Below, piece after piece: positions 1 through 10,876 of a stretch of 64,000 nt of DNA (positions are counted from its first letter, which is position 1; each line of letters opens with the position of its first letter). Position numbers and translations under genes: made by a program. Origin of the DNA: Naegleria gruberi. Taxonomy: Eukaryota. The DNA lies in NCBI GenBank assembly GCA_000004985.1, contig GG738851.1. One strand, written 5' to 3'. The notes beneath the pieces are model-generated. The model was not told where the DNA came from and did no database searches. It saw only the letters and a list, made by a program, of their open reading frames with translations.

Positions 1-15
1 GATCCGAAGAGTTTT

Positions 16-1623
16 ATGGCCACTGTTCAACAAGATACAATCATGATGGACAAGATGAAACAACAAGAAATACAAGTTGATGCTGGTGGAAATCGTCTTA
101 AGAAGGTTAATACTGATAATAATTATTTAATGTTTAAGGAACAAGTGTATACTAAAGTTCCAGATGATAGAGAAATGAAGAAGAGAATGAAAGAAAAGTT
201 GGTCGCTGAACAAAAAGTTATTCAAAAGAAGATTGTTTCGTATGAGAATATGAAGAAGCAAATTGTAGAATCCAAGTTTGAATTGGATCAATTTGAGCAA
301 AAGTTAAAATTGGTTGATGAGTTGATGGAACTAATGGAGAAGAATCAAATTAAAGTGGATGAATTGGAAGAGAAGATTCAAGAAATTGGAAAGACTCAAT
401 TGTCATCTTCCATGTATTTTGAATTTTCATCAAAAGTTCCAGAATTTGTTAGGGCAGATCCAAAACCATTCATTCTTAAGATTAAGTATATTATCAGCAA
501 GGGAAGATTCAATTGGACTCCTCAATATTTACTCTCAGTTGATAGTAGTACTCAAACTGGACAATTAATGTTTATGGCGAATGTAGTTCAAAAGACTGGT
601 GAGAATTTCACAAATGCTCTGGTTGAATTATCGACAGATGAATTAGGACAAGCTCCAAGCATGCCAGAATTCAATCTGTTGACTTTGGATCAGACAGACA
701 TTTACAAATATCTCCGTAAAACGAACAGTCCACACACATTTGCTGGGTCATCATTTATTAGCCTTACTTCTAAGAAACTTATGAGTGACCAAAGAAACTA
801 TCAAAATCAATTTGAGGGTGCGAATATTGAATCAAATCAAATGGATCAAAACTCACAGGTTTCCACAGATGTTATCAGATCTACCACTTCTTACATGATT
901 GCTGAGAGAGCTTCATTTATCACTGATTCAAATGGGTCAGACAAGACAGTTTCATTACTCATTGCCAAGATTAATCTCGAATCAAAGTGGTATCATAAAG
1001 TCATTCCAAAACAATCCTCAAGAGTCTACACAATCATGGCCATTAAGAACAAATCCAAATATCAACTAATCCCAGGTGATGTTAATATTTTCATTAATAA
1101 TGTTCTTTCCACACAATCAAGAATCAAATCAGATGTCTTTCCAGATGATGTCTTCCAATTAGATATCGGTATTGATAGAATGGTCTCTGTGAAACTCAAT
1201 GATCACAATAAGAATGAACAAGAATCAGGTTGGTTCTCCAAAACCAATTCCATCACTGAAAATTCACAAATTACCATTGAAAACAAGAAGGATGTTCCAA
1301 TCAATATTACAGTTATCAATGCTTTACCATTCACAGAAGATTGGCATACAGACGATAAGTTACAAATCATCCTCACTCAACCAAAGACAGACCAAGGAAA
1401 GGATATTGATTTACATGAAATTTTCCTTCCAAAACCAGGTCCAGATGGAAAGGACACATTCTATCCAACTGAATATCAATTCAACACCAAGGTTGGTAAA
1501 AAGGATATGAAATGCAAGATTAAAAAGAGAAATCATGCATTAGAACGAAACTTTTCCATTTCTTCAAAGGAATCAATTGTATTGCCATTGTCTTTTCAAA
1601 TGTGCGTCACTCTTGCAAAATAA
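16..1623 (+). CDS. hypothetical protein with N-terminal coiled-coil (K/E/Q-rich heptads) and a C-terminal globular region; single exon; start may lie upstream of the window
   Basis: Uninterrupted 535-codon ORF beginning 15 nt from the window edge. Residues 1-130 have coiled-coil-like composition. No motif I can name with confidence. Confidence 0.55.
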   Translation: MATVQQDTIMMDKMKQQEIQVDAGGNRLKKVNTDNNYLMFKEQVYTKVPDDREMKKRMKEKLVAEQKVIQKKIVSYENMKKQIVESKFELDQFEQKLKLVDELMELMEKNQIKVDELEEKIQEIGKTQLSSSMYFEFSSKVPEFVRADPKPFILKIKYIISKGRFNWTPQYLLSVDSSTQTGQLMFMANVVQKTGENFTNALVELSTDELGQAPSMPEFNLLTLDQTDIYKYLRKTNSPHTFAGSSFISLTSKKLMSDQRNYQNQFEGANIESNQMDQNSQVSTDVIRSTTSYMIAERASFITDSNGSDKTVSLLIAKINLESKWYHKVIPKQSSRVYTIMAIKNKSKYQLIPGDVNIFINNVLSTQSRIKSDVFPDDVFQLDIGIDRMVSVKLNDHNKNEQESGWFSKTNSITENSQITIENKKDVPINITVINALPFTEDWHTDDKLQIILTQPKTDQGKDIDLHEIFLPKPGPDGKDTFYPTEYQFNTKVGKKDMKCKIKKRNHALERNFSISSKESIVLPLSFQMCVTLAK

Positions 1624-1768
1624 AAGGTCTTACTAGTTCAATGGTGCCTCATTAGAATGTTGAAATTATGCGTTTTCAATCAATTTCATTGTTACTCCAT
1701 CAAAGTCCGTCAATGTCCACAACATTAGTTTGCTTTCGAATTGTTTGAATTGAAATTATGAAAAAAAA

Positions 1769-2194
1769 ATGTTAGAAACAACTCAAGCTGACATTTTCAA
1801 ACCAGTCTTTGCCATGTTTGGCTTGACCATTGGTGTTTGGTTCTATTTGTACTTTAGACGAATCACATTCTTCAATCAGCAAAAAATTGATCCTGACACT
1901 GTTACTGCAGAAAAATTGAACGCAATTTCTCCGCCACAAGTTTCTAATCCCTCAGATAATTTCAAGAATTTATTCGAAGTTCCTGTTATTTTCTATGCCT
2001 TTGCTGTGTATTTATTCGTTTCGAATAGAGTGAGTGGTTTTTATTTGTGGGGTTCTTGGATTTTCGTCTTGTTTCGTCTTGGACATAGTTTAGTTCATTG
2101 TACATTCAATAGGGTTACTTTGAGATTTGCATTGTATATGATTTCAACATTTAGTTTGTGGATTATGATTGCAGTGGCAGCATTTTCATTATAA
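1769..2194 (+). CDS. small four-helix membrane protein, MAPEG-like (microsomal GST / LTC4 synthase superfamily) candidate
   Basis: 141-aa ORF with an A-rich context before the ATG (aaaaaaaaATG). Four hydrophobic segments. The VLFRLGHSLVHC segment resembles the MAPEG R-x-x-H region. Confidence 0.5.
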   Translation: MLETTQADIFKPVFAMFGLTIGVWFYLYFRRITFFNQQKIDPDTVTAEKLNAISPPQVSNPSDNFKNLFEVPVIFYAFAVYLFVSNRVSGFYLWGSWIFVLFRLGHSLVHCTFNRVTLRFALYMISTFSLWIMIAVAAFSL

Positions 2195-2331
2195 TAAAGC
2201 TATGCATGAAATGAAACTAATCAAAATGAAAGAAAGTTTACAACAAGATTCTTTCGGAAAATTAATGGACAATTTCATAGCTTTTAAGGACGGGAAATTT
2301 CTCCTGGATTGTGTTTTTAAACAGTTTCAAT

Positions 2332-3207
2332 ATGAAAAAAATGTTCAAACTATTCGAATCAAGCCAACATACCAATCTTTATTCCAAGTTTCGTCCAACT
2401 TATCCTTCCACTTTATACGACAAGATCTTTCCTCTAATTTCTTCCACAAATTCCGAAGCTGGACTAAACATTTTAGATGTTGCTTGTGGAAGTGGTCAAG
2501 CTTCCTTTGATTTGGCTCAGAGAAATTGTAAAGTTTTGATCGGAGTTGATCCTTCGAATAATCAAATCGTCAATGCACAAGAAAAATTGAAAGAATGTCC
2601 ATTAGATTCTACCAAGATTTATTTTGAAGTGGGCAAGGCAGAAGAATTAGATACTATCGTTCAAAAATATTCGAATGAATTGAAAGTGGACGAAAGTAGT
2701 GATGAGCAAGGAGTTTTTGATTTAATTACAGTTGCACAGGGTTTGCATTGGTTTGATTTCCCTCAATTCTTCCAACAAGTTGACAAGTATCTCAAGAAGG
2801 GAGGTGTTTTTGCTGCCTGGTGTTATGTTGGAAATAGATTCGACTCGGAGAAAGCTCAGCAAGTTCGTAATTCGTTTTATGATGGCGAAGAATTGAAACC
2901 ATTCTGGAGTGAGAGAAGAGAATTGGTCGATTTGGAATATAAAACTATTCCACATGTTCCTTATCCAGAGAATGTTAAATTCGATATTGAATGGAAACAT
3001 ACAAAGATGAGTATGAGAAATTATATGAATTATATTAATACGTGGAGTTCTGTCAATTCGTATGGAGAAAAACATGGTATTGAAGCAAAAAACAAATTAT
3101 TGGAAGATTATCAAAATAGATTGATGGAAGCTTTTGGTTTTACTGACATTGATCAAGAATTTGATTATCACATTCCTTATCATTTACTTACAACAAGAAA
3201 ACCTTAA
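2332..3207 (+). CDS. SAM-dependent methyltransferase (Methyltransf_11 type, Tmt1/Crg1-like)
   Basis: ORF 2311..3207. The likely start is the internal Met at 2332 or 2341. Motif I is LDVACGSGQASFDLAQR. The N-terminal YSKFRPTYP element is typical of the trans-aconitate methyltransferase-like family. The stop lies only 30 nt from the stop of the convergent protease gene. Confidence 0.75.
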   Translation: MKKMFKLFESSQHTNLYSKFRPTYPSTLYDKIFPLISSTNSEAGLNILDVACGSGQASFDLAQRNCKVLIGVDPSNNQIVNAQEKLKECPLDSTKIYFEVGKAEELDTIVQKYSNELKVDESSDEQGVFDLITVAQGLHWFDFPQFFQQVDKYLKKGGVFAAWCYVGNRFDSEKAQQVRNSFYDGEELKPFWSERRELVDLEYKTIPHVPYPENVKFDIEWKHTKMSMRNYMNYINTWSSVNSYGEKHGIEAKNKLLEDYQNRLMEAFGFTDIDQEFDYHIPYHLLTTRKP

Positions 3208-3237
3208 TTATATCTTTTGATTATGGATATTGTGTAA

Positions 3238-6172
3238 TTAGATTGTAATAAAAAGTGTAATTATAAAGAAAATAAGCAAGGAATAGGACAAGACAATTCG
3301 GCCTGTTCCAGAAATGATTATGTCATCTGCTGGAATATCTATAGGACTTGCTGGAGTTTCAGTTCGAGAAACATCTCCAGTAATCACCATACTGAAAGTT
3401 TGAATACCCTTGTTTGTTGGTTTGGCACCAACTCTGATGGCAATGGATGTATCTTTGGCAATGCCTGGAACAGTGATACCTTCAACAGTATTCAATACAT
3501 CAATACTGGTTCCATTGTTACCGAAATAATTGATACCTCCTAAACTGACAATAAGATTAAGATCATTGATTAACTTCTTTTCCTTAACTGTTGAGCTGGT
3601 TTCAACTTGGGAAGATAAATCATACCAAGTCATTGTTACCTTAAGAGTGGTGGCTGAATTGGCAACAAATTTCATTTTGATTTGTTTGTTGGCATCTAGA
3701 GAATATCTGTTGACAAGATGAATTTCCTTAATTCTGTTAACACTTGAGGGGTCAGAGTCAATCTTGAGAACATTTAACAAATCGATTCTTCCGTATCCAT
3801 TGTACTTATTTGGAGAGCCAAATTGTGAGAGAGGAACATTAACAGAGTTAATTTGAACTGTTCCTTTCATTGTATCTGCAGAATGAATGGCCATGGCCTT
3901 AACCAACGTTCCAGCCAAAGTCTGTGAAGCATCCTTATTAAAAATATTATAATCAATCAACTTTTTCTTGTTGTCTTTTAACAAGTAATGTCTAATAAGA
4001 GCCAATCCTCCAGACTATAATATTATAAAAATTAATTAGAATTACCAAAGAGAACACTTACCACTCCAGGAGTACTAACAAACCACAAAGCACAGTATTA
4101 ATATGTAGATAACAGTTTGTTAAATAATTCTATTAAAGGGTTAAAATCAGTACATACCTCATTGATGTACCAGTCATTTGCTGAACTCCACATGAATCCA
4201 CATTACTTGCACTCATTATCCCATAACCAGGGGCAACAACTAAATGGTTCAATTACAAGAATAAATAAGAAACATACTATCAGGTTTGATTCTCTCATCA
4301 TACGTAGGTCCTCTACTCGATAACCCCCAAACATTTTCAAAGTTGTACAACGTGGTCCATGCATTATTGAAGAATTTCTTATAATAAGCTAATGTTGCAT
4401 AAGAGGCTCCGACTGTTATGACATTCTTTGCAGTTGCTGGAGCTCCCAATGTCCTATCAGAAGCGGATGTACCTTCATTTCCTGCAGCCACAACCACAGT
4501 CACTTCATCATTGGCATTCAAGAATGAATCCATAATAGCACTATCTGTATCATAGGCATTACAATAGTGACAACAACGAACACCTGAATCTTTGATGCAT
4601 TGATCATCTGATATCTTTTCTTTAGTATTATCACTTTTCACAATGTAGCAATCACAATCAAAATCACACTATAATGAAATTGTTATTTCATCTTCAAACT
4701 TTTTGAAATATTGAAATACTTACAGTATATGGAAGTGCACATCCCCAACTATTGCTTGAAATTTTTGCACCTGCCTTAAAGGCATTCTTTAAATTTGCTG
4801 TTATATCTCCTACATACAGACTTCCATAGGCTTCCTTCTGGGCATCCAAAGCATAGATTTTTGCATCCTTGGCCACACCATAATTTGAGGAAACAAATTC
4901 TGAGGTTGGTATTGTCTGTGGATAGCCAGCAATAGTTCCAACTACGTGTGTACCATGTCCATTAGTATCACTCAAATCAGTCTTATCAGCATCAGCTTTT
5001 CCATAGTAGATAATCTTTCTGTAGTTAGCATTGAGAGTGGTCTTGGTGCTTGGCTCATTAGTTCCAGTGAAAAAACAGTGATCTGTTGAAACACCAGTGT
5101 CAATGACAAGAACAATTTCAGAGGCGCCAGTAATTCCGTTATCCCATAAATAAGTATAATTAGAACCACCTCCATTTTGAATTACTTGATTAGTTCCATA
5201 ATTCTTAATTTCATAACTCAATTGTCTGGAGACCATATCCACTGAATCGTCATTGGTTAAAAATTCCAGGAATGCCTGCCCAACACCTTCTGATAATTCT
5301 CTAATAAATCTTCCAAGTGATGAACTTCTTTCAAATACCTTTTGAACTTGCTCTCTCTTTGTCAAGGATTCAACCAATGGATGATCGAATTTCCTTTGTT
5401 TTATCAATTTCCAAACTCCATAATCAAAATTTGCAAGAGTGATTTGAAGTCCTTGACTATCCACATTCCAATCCATTGAAAATAAAGAGTCTGTTTGTTC
5501 TTTCAAGAATTCCTTAACCTCGAATGTGTTTCTCTTATTATTCGAATACTCTAACTGACTAATATCTTCAGACTGAATTAAAACCGATGACATTAAATTT
5601 GACATGGTTCTTGTATAAGTTGAAGAGTACCAATTTTTCAATCGATTCATGGTTTGCAACCTCTCCATTTCATTCAATTTAGTATCAAGCTTGATTCTCA
5701 AACCATAAAGTTTTAAAGATTCTAATGAAAGATTTGAAAATGATCGTTTGTCAGAGTTGGTTACCTTCTTGATCCATTCAATAGATTTCTTTGCAAAATA
5801 ACTTTTAGTGAGTTCCTTAATTTGTTGATGAGAAAGCCTTGTTGTGAAAACAGAGACATCGGAATGAAATTGAAATTCCTTATAATTTTCAACCTTCATC
5901 AATGTTGCCATTCTACTCAAAAATTCATCATTCATAACAATATAATCCCACACCTTCACATGAACCAACATTCTATTATTTAAACTCTTCTCATCAGGTG
6001 TATTCACTCTAAACTTGTTCATCAAATTTTCCTCAGTGGCGTATCGTTCTACAATAGACGATCCTTTTGCTGAGGCCTCCAAAATTGCCATCAGAAAAAA
6101 CAATAAAAACACTGCTATCAATGTGATACACACACTGATTTTTCTCGCTGAAAATTCCCGAGTCATTTTCAA
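3238..6172 (-). CDS. subtilisin-like serine protease A (S8 family) with a long N-terminal pro-region and a hydrophobic C-terminal tail; 5 exons
   Basis: Exons on the minus strand: 6172..4724, 4668..4278, 4239..4158, 4074..4062 (a 13-nt micro-exon) and 4014..3238. Donors are gtaagtat, gtatgttt, gtatgtac and gtaagtgt. Acceptors are ttatag, atttag, tgttag and attatag. Catalytic motifs are VIDTGVSTDH, HGTHVVGTIAG, VVAAGNEG and GTSMSTPGVSGG. Phases are consistent across all junctions. The protein is about 903 aa. The C-terminus LLIFFIITLFITI looks like a GPI or TM signal. Confidence 0.8.
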
Positions 6173-7165
6173 TAACGATGAACCTTAATGCCTTTTTTTT
6201 CAATTTATTAAAATGACTTTCCCGCGCATTTTTCCTTAATTGAATATTTTCGACCAACAGAAAGATTATGAACTTTTATTTGTTTATCTTTCGGGAATTG
6301 TTTTTTCTTTGACACCAAGATCATCATGCTTTTTCCTTTTTTTAAACTTTAAGGTCATATGCTAATGAGTTGTGCATCTACAGATATTCGAACACTGTAG
6401 ATTATTCGGTAAAGAGGTTTCGAATATTGAATCATGAAACATCTGCAAGGATGAAAAAGGGAAATCTATGAATTAATATTTTAAGTTACTGAATGACCAA
6501 ATTGAAATTAACTAGTTTTATTAGTGTGGGTTAGTAATACATTCTTTCCAAATGCATGATTTGTTTGATGCCACATCTCAGGAGATATGATTTTAAGCAA
6601 TTTGGAAAACAACTTTTTTGTGTTTTAAAGTGCTTTATTTTGAAACAACACAAGAAATCAAACAATCTTTTGATAATTAGTTGAAGATTCAGCCAACTAT
6701 GATATCTTTTCAAAGAACATCAAGTCTTTATTCTATAATTGTCTAATCCTTAAAATTTTCATCTCACTTTCCAGCAAGAACCGTAAAAAACCTTTCGGAT
6801 TGAAGAGGTGAATAGTAGCTGTTGTGTTCGTACGAATACGATCTGTACATGTATTACTCTCGACATGTGCTGCTCGCGTCCCAGTTTCATAAACAAAGTA
6901 TTCTATTGGAGGTTGTATGACAGGCCTTTCACCTCCCTTGATGGCTTCTACAGCTACAACCTCAAACAACATTAGTCTTAATTCGTATTTTTCAGATGTT
7001 GTATGAGTATAGGGGATTACACCTTAAACTTTTTATCTCCAAACACTAAAAGAAACTAAAAAACAAAAAAACAAGACGATGATATCAACTCGAAATTTCA
7101 TCTCTGTCAATTGTGGTAAGATGATTACTATCAGCTGCAGCAACCAATGTTTATCGTATGTCCTC

Positions 7166-10100
7166 ATGTTGAGCATGCTTCTTTCCATACTTATTGTTTC
7201 AACAACTGTGGCTCAGGAAAGCTTTGTTTCAACTATTGCAGGTGGAGGTGTATGTGATGGTTATTTAGCAACTCAAGCCTCATTGGCATATCCTGGATCA
7301 CCAACTATTGGTCCAGATGGTTCAATTTATATAGCAGATAGTTCAAATCACAGAGTTCGTCAAGTTTATCCGAATGGTACCATTACTACCATTGCAGGAA
7401 CTGGAATTTCAGGTTATAATGGTGATGTCATTCCAGCAACGAGAGCTCAATTGAAAAATCCTGTATCAGTTGCTGTTAATTCGATTGGAGAAGTTTTCAT
7501 AAGTGATAATGGAAACAATAGAATTAGAAAAGTATTGACTAATGGTACAATTATTACTTTTGCAGGAAGTGGACAGACAACTTTTTCAGGAGATTATGGA
7601 TTGGCCACCAATGCAGGAATTAACTATCCCTATGGTATTGCACTCACTAGTATTGAAGAATTGATTATTTCCGATGTAAATCATAATAGAATTCGTAAAG
7701 TTTTAACCAATGGAACCATCTATACCATTGCAGGAAACAATATTCAAGGTTACAATGGAGATAACAAGTTGGCAACAAGTGCTTCCTTGTTTCTGTCCTT
7801 TGGTGTTAGTGTTGATGCAAATGATAATGTCTACATTGCGGACACTGACAATGATAGAATTCGTAAAGTTTTAACCAATGGAACCATCTATACCATTGCA
7901 GGTATTGGAAATAGTGGATTTTCTGGGGATGGAGGTTTGGCAACTGCAGCCAAGATTAGCTCTCCTGAAGGCGTTTCAGTTTCTCCTGAAGGCGAAGTTT
8001 ATTTTGCAGGTTTGTAATTCTTTCTATTCGAAACTTTAACTTTACAAGATACAAGTAATAACAGAATTCGAAAAATTTTGACAAATGGTACAATTTTAAC
8101 TGTTGCAGGAACTAGTTATGGATTCTTAGATAACACAACTGCCAGTCTTGCACTGCTAGGAAATCCTGGACAAATGTTCATTGACAAGAATAGTGGAGAT
8201 GTGTATTTTGCTGATAAAGGAAGTCACAGAATTAGAAAGATTTCTAATGGATTTATTACTTCTGTTGCTGGTTCAGGTTCTGCAACTTTTTGTGGCGAAA
8301 ACATTGCTTCAAGTGCATGTGCTTTAGCTAAACCAAAAGGTGCAGTCATTGATTCATTAGGAAATATTTATATTGCTGGTAAGTTTTATTATAACATAAT
8401 CATACGAATCCTCTTCTTTGCAATATATAGATACAAACAATAATCGTGTGAGAAAGATATCATATTTGGATGGTACCATTAACACCATTGCTGGAACAGG
8501 AAGCAATGGTTATAATGGAGATGGTATCTTGGCAACAAGTGCACAACTTAACAGACCTTCAAGTGTTGCTATGGATTCGGTTGGTAATGTGTTTGTTGCA
8601 GGTATGTACTTCTTTCTATTGGAAACTTTAAATTTCTACAAGATACAAGTAATAACAGAATTCGAAAAATTTTGACAAATGGTACAATTGTAACTGTTGC
8701 AGGTGTTGGATCTAGTGGTTTTAATGGTGATATTTTGGCAACAGATGCAAAATTGAGCAACCCTGTTTCAGTCACTATTGATTCGAATGATAATGTTTAC
8801 ATTGCCGATACTTACAATCATAGAATTCGAAAGATTTTACAGAATGGAAATCTAACAACAATTGTTGGATTAGGATCGAGTGGTTTTAATGGTGATTATC
8901 TATTATCAAACGGAACCAAATTAAACTATCCACAATCCATAGCATTTGATTCGAATGGTAACATGTATATTGCAGGTAAGTTGTTTTTTGTAAACAACTA
9001 ATCAAGTGAAAAATTGATTCCACTAATGACACAGATATGAACAATAATCGAATTAGAAAAATGTTAACTAATGGAACTATTATCACAGTAGCAGGAACAG
9101 GCGTTTCAGGTTATAACGGAGATGGAATATTGGCAACTGTTGCTCAACTCAAATATCCACAAGGAATTGCAATTGAAAATGATGAATTGATTATTGCTGA
9201 TTCTTCAAATCATAGAATTCGTAAAGTATTAACAAATGGAACAATTATCACCCTTGTAGGAACAGGTACTTTGGGATACAGTGGAGATGGTCTGGTTGGA
9301 GCCAATTCACAAATTAATAACCCATCAGGAGTCGTTGTAAAACAAAATGGTGAACTAATTGTTATTGATTCGGATAATAGTAGACTCAGATTGATTTCCA
9401 CACCTCGTCAATGTAATGGAACATTGGCAAGTGATTCAAATGTGTGTAGTGGTGTTGGTATTTGTAGTGCACCTGAGACATGTGATTGTGGAAACTTGTT
9501 TGGTGGTCAATTCTGTGAATATTCCAAATGTTTCGGTATTCTTTCGAATTCATCAAGTGTTTGTTCATCACATGGAATGTGTATTTCCCCAAATACTTGT
9601 TCTTGTAATTCTGGTTTTTATGGATTGAATTGTCAAGTTATGAAATGTTTTGGAATTGAAAGTAATGACACTTTAGTTTGTTCTGGAAATGGAAAGTGTG
9701 TTTCTATTGATTCATGCCAATGTTCAAATGGTTGGTCAGGTTCAGATTGTTCAATTCTTTCATGTTTTAATATCATGGCCAATGATACTGCTCAAGTTTG
9801 CAGTGGACATGGTAATTGCTCAAGTGTGGATAAATGTGATTGTGAATTTGGATGGTCAGGATTGAATTGTTCTGTAAACTCCACAATTCCAGAAACCAGC
9901 AACTCCACAATTCCTAATAACGACACCTCAATCAATACCAATGGTACTATTTTAAACAATTCTTCCACTACTAATGCCACTAGTTCAAATACTACCATCC
10001 CAACTACTAATCAAACTTCACCTCACTTGAATAATTCTTCAACAATTCCAGAAACAAGCAACTCCACAATTCCAAATAACGACACCTCAATCAATACCAA

Positions 10101-10548
10101 TGGTACTATTTCAAATAATTCTTCCACTACTAATGCAACTAGTTCAACAAATAATTCTTCCACTACTGATAGCAATAACAGTACACAAACAAATTCCACT
10201 CTTACTGGACAAAATTCGTGGAAATGTTTCGACATTCCAAATTCGGATTCGACAGTTTGTGGAGGTCATGGAATTTGCATTTCTCAAGATGTTTGTCAGT
10301 GTAAGGCCACTTCAGAAGATGGATATTGGACTGGATCAAATTGTACTTCATGTCAAACTAATTATTGTGGAAGTGGATGTAGAAGTAACATTTGTTCGAC
10401 CAATAATAACATGTATGCATTATTTACCTTAATGGCTGTTCCAGTAGTTGGAGGAATTGGATTAATAGCAGGTTTGGCATTTGGATTGAGATGGTGGTTA
10501 TTGAAACGTCCACAAATGATGAAAACTTCCACCCCTTCTGTAGTTTAA
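7166..10548 (+). CDS. type I membrane protein: signal peptide, about 14 NHL repeats, 5 tenascin-type EGF-like repeats, N/S/T-rich mucin-like stalk, TM helix, short tail; 5 exons
   Basis: Exons: 7166 (ORF opens at 7079; the signal peptide MLSMLLSILIVSTTVAQ starts at 7166)..8009, 8049..8378, 8431..8601, 8643..8975 and 9035..10548. Introns are 39, 52, 41 and 59 nt (gtttgtaa..acaag, gtaagttt..tatag, gtatgtac..acaag, gtaagttg..acag). The NHL motif [YF]IADxxNxRIRK[IV]LTNGTI recurs. The EGF pattern is C-x-G-x-G-x-C-x5-C-x-C-x2-G[WF]-x-G-x2-C. The TM segment is MYALFTLMAVPVVGGIGLIAGLAFGL. Confidence 0.8.
9883..10147 (+). repeat. tandem coding repeat (two near-identical copies of about 106 nt, period 159 nt) in the mucin-like stalk of the NHL/EGF gene
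   Basis: Copy 9883..9988 against copy 10042..10147. They encode IPETSNSTIPNNDTSINTNGTI(L/S)NNSSTTNATSS with only a few nucleotide differences. Confidence 0.7.
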
Positions 10549-10876
10549 AAGGAGTTTCAATAAATTATATTATTATTAATCCAATCGATTATATATTTTC
10601 GCATTTTGCAATAATCTGGCAACAATTTAAATTGTGTTGTTACATGAGAAAGATAATAATCAAAATGATAATCTATTCACTACAATATTTTAACCTTTGA
10701 AACCTTCAAGAAACGCCGGAACAAGAGAACCACCAGTTTTTCTGAAGCAAATCTTCTCGTTTCTACTTTCGCGCTTTTTTCAACGTTTCCGCCTTTTTTA
10801 AATTTTTAATTTAAAAAAATTTGGCTTCTGGTATGGCCTTTGTTATGTTGTTCCACTTGATGAAAAAAAAGCAAAG

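Noticed and set aside
2722-3075. Antisense or overlapping short ORFs inside longer genes, such as 2722..3075(-), 11206..11553(-), 12378..12710(+), 22728..23132(+), 62994..63515(+), 32344..33267 and many 60-110-aa ORFs
   Set aside because: They lie entirely within well-supported genes on the other strand or in another frame. They have low-complexity or biased composition caused by the opposite-strand codons, and no independent signals.
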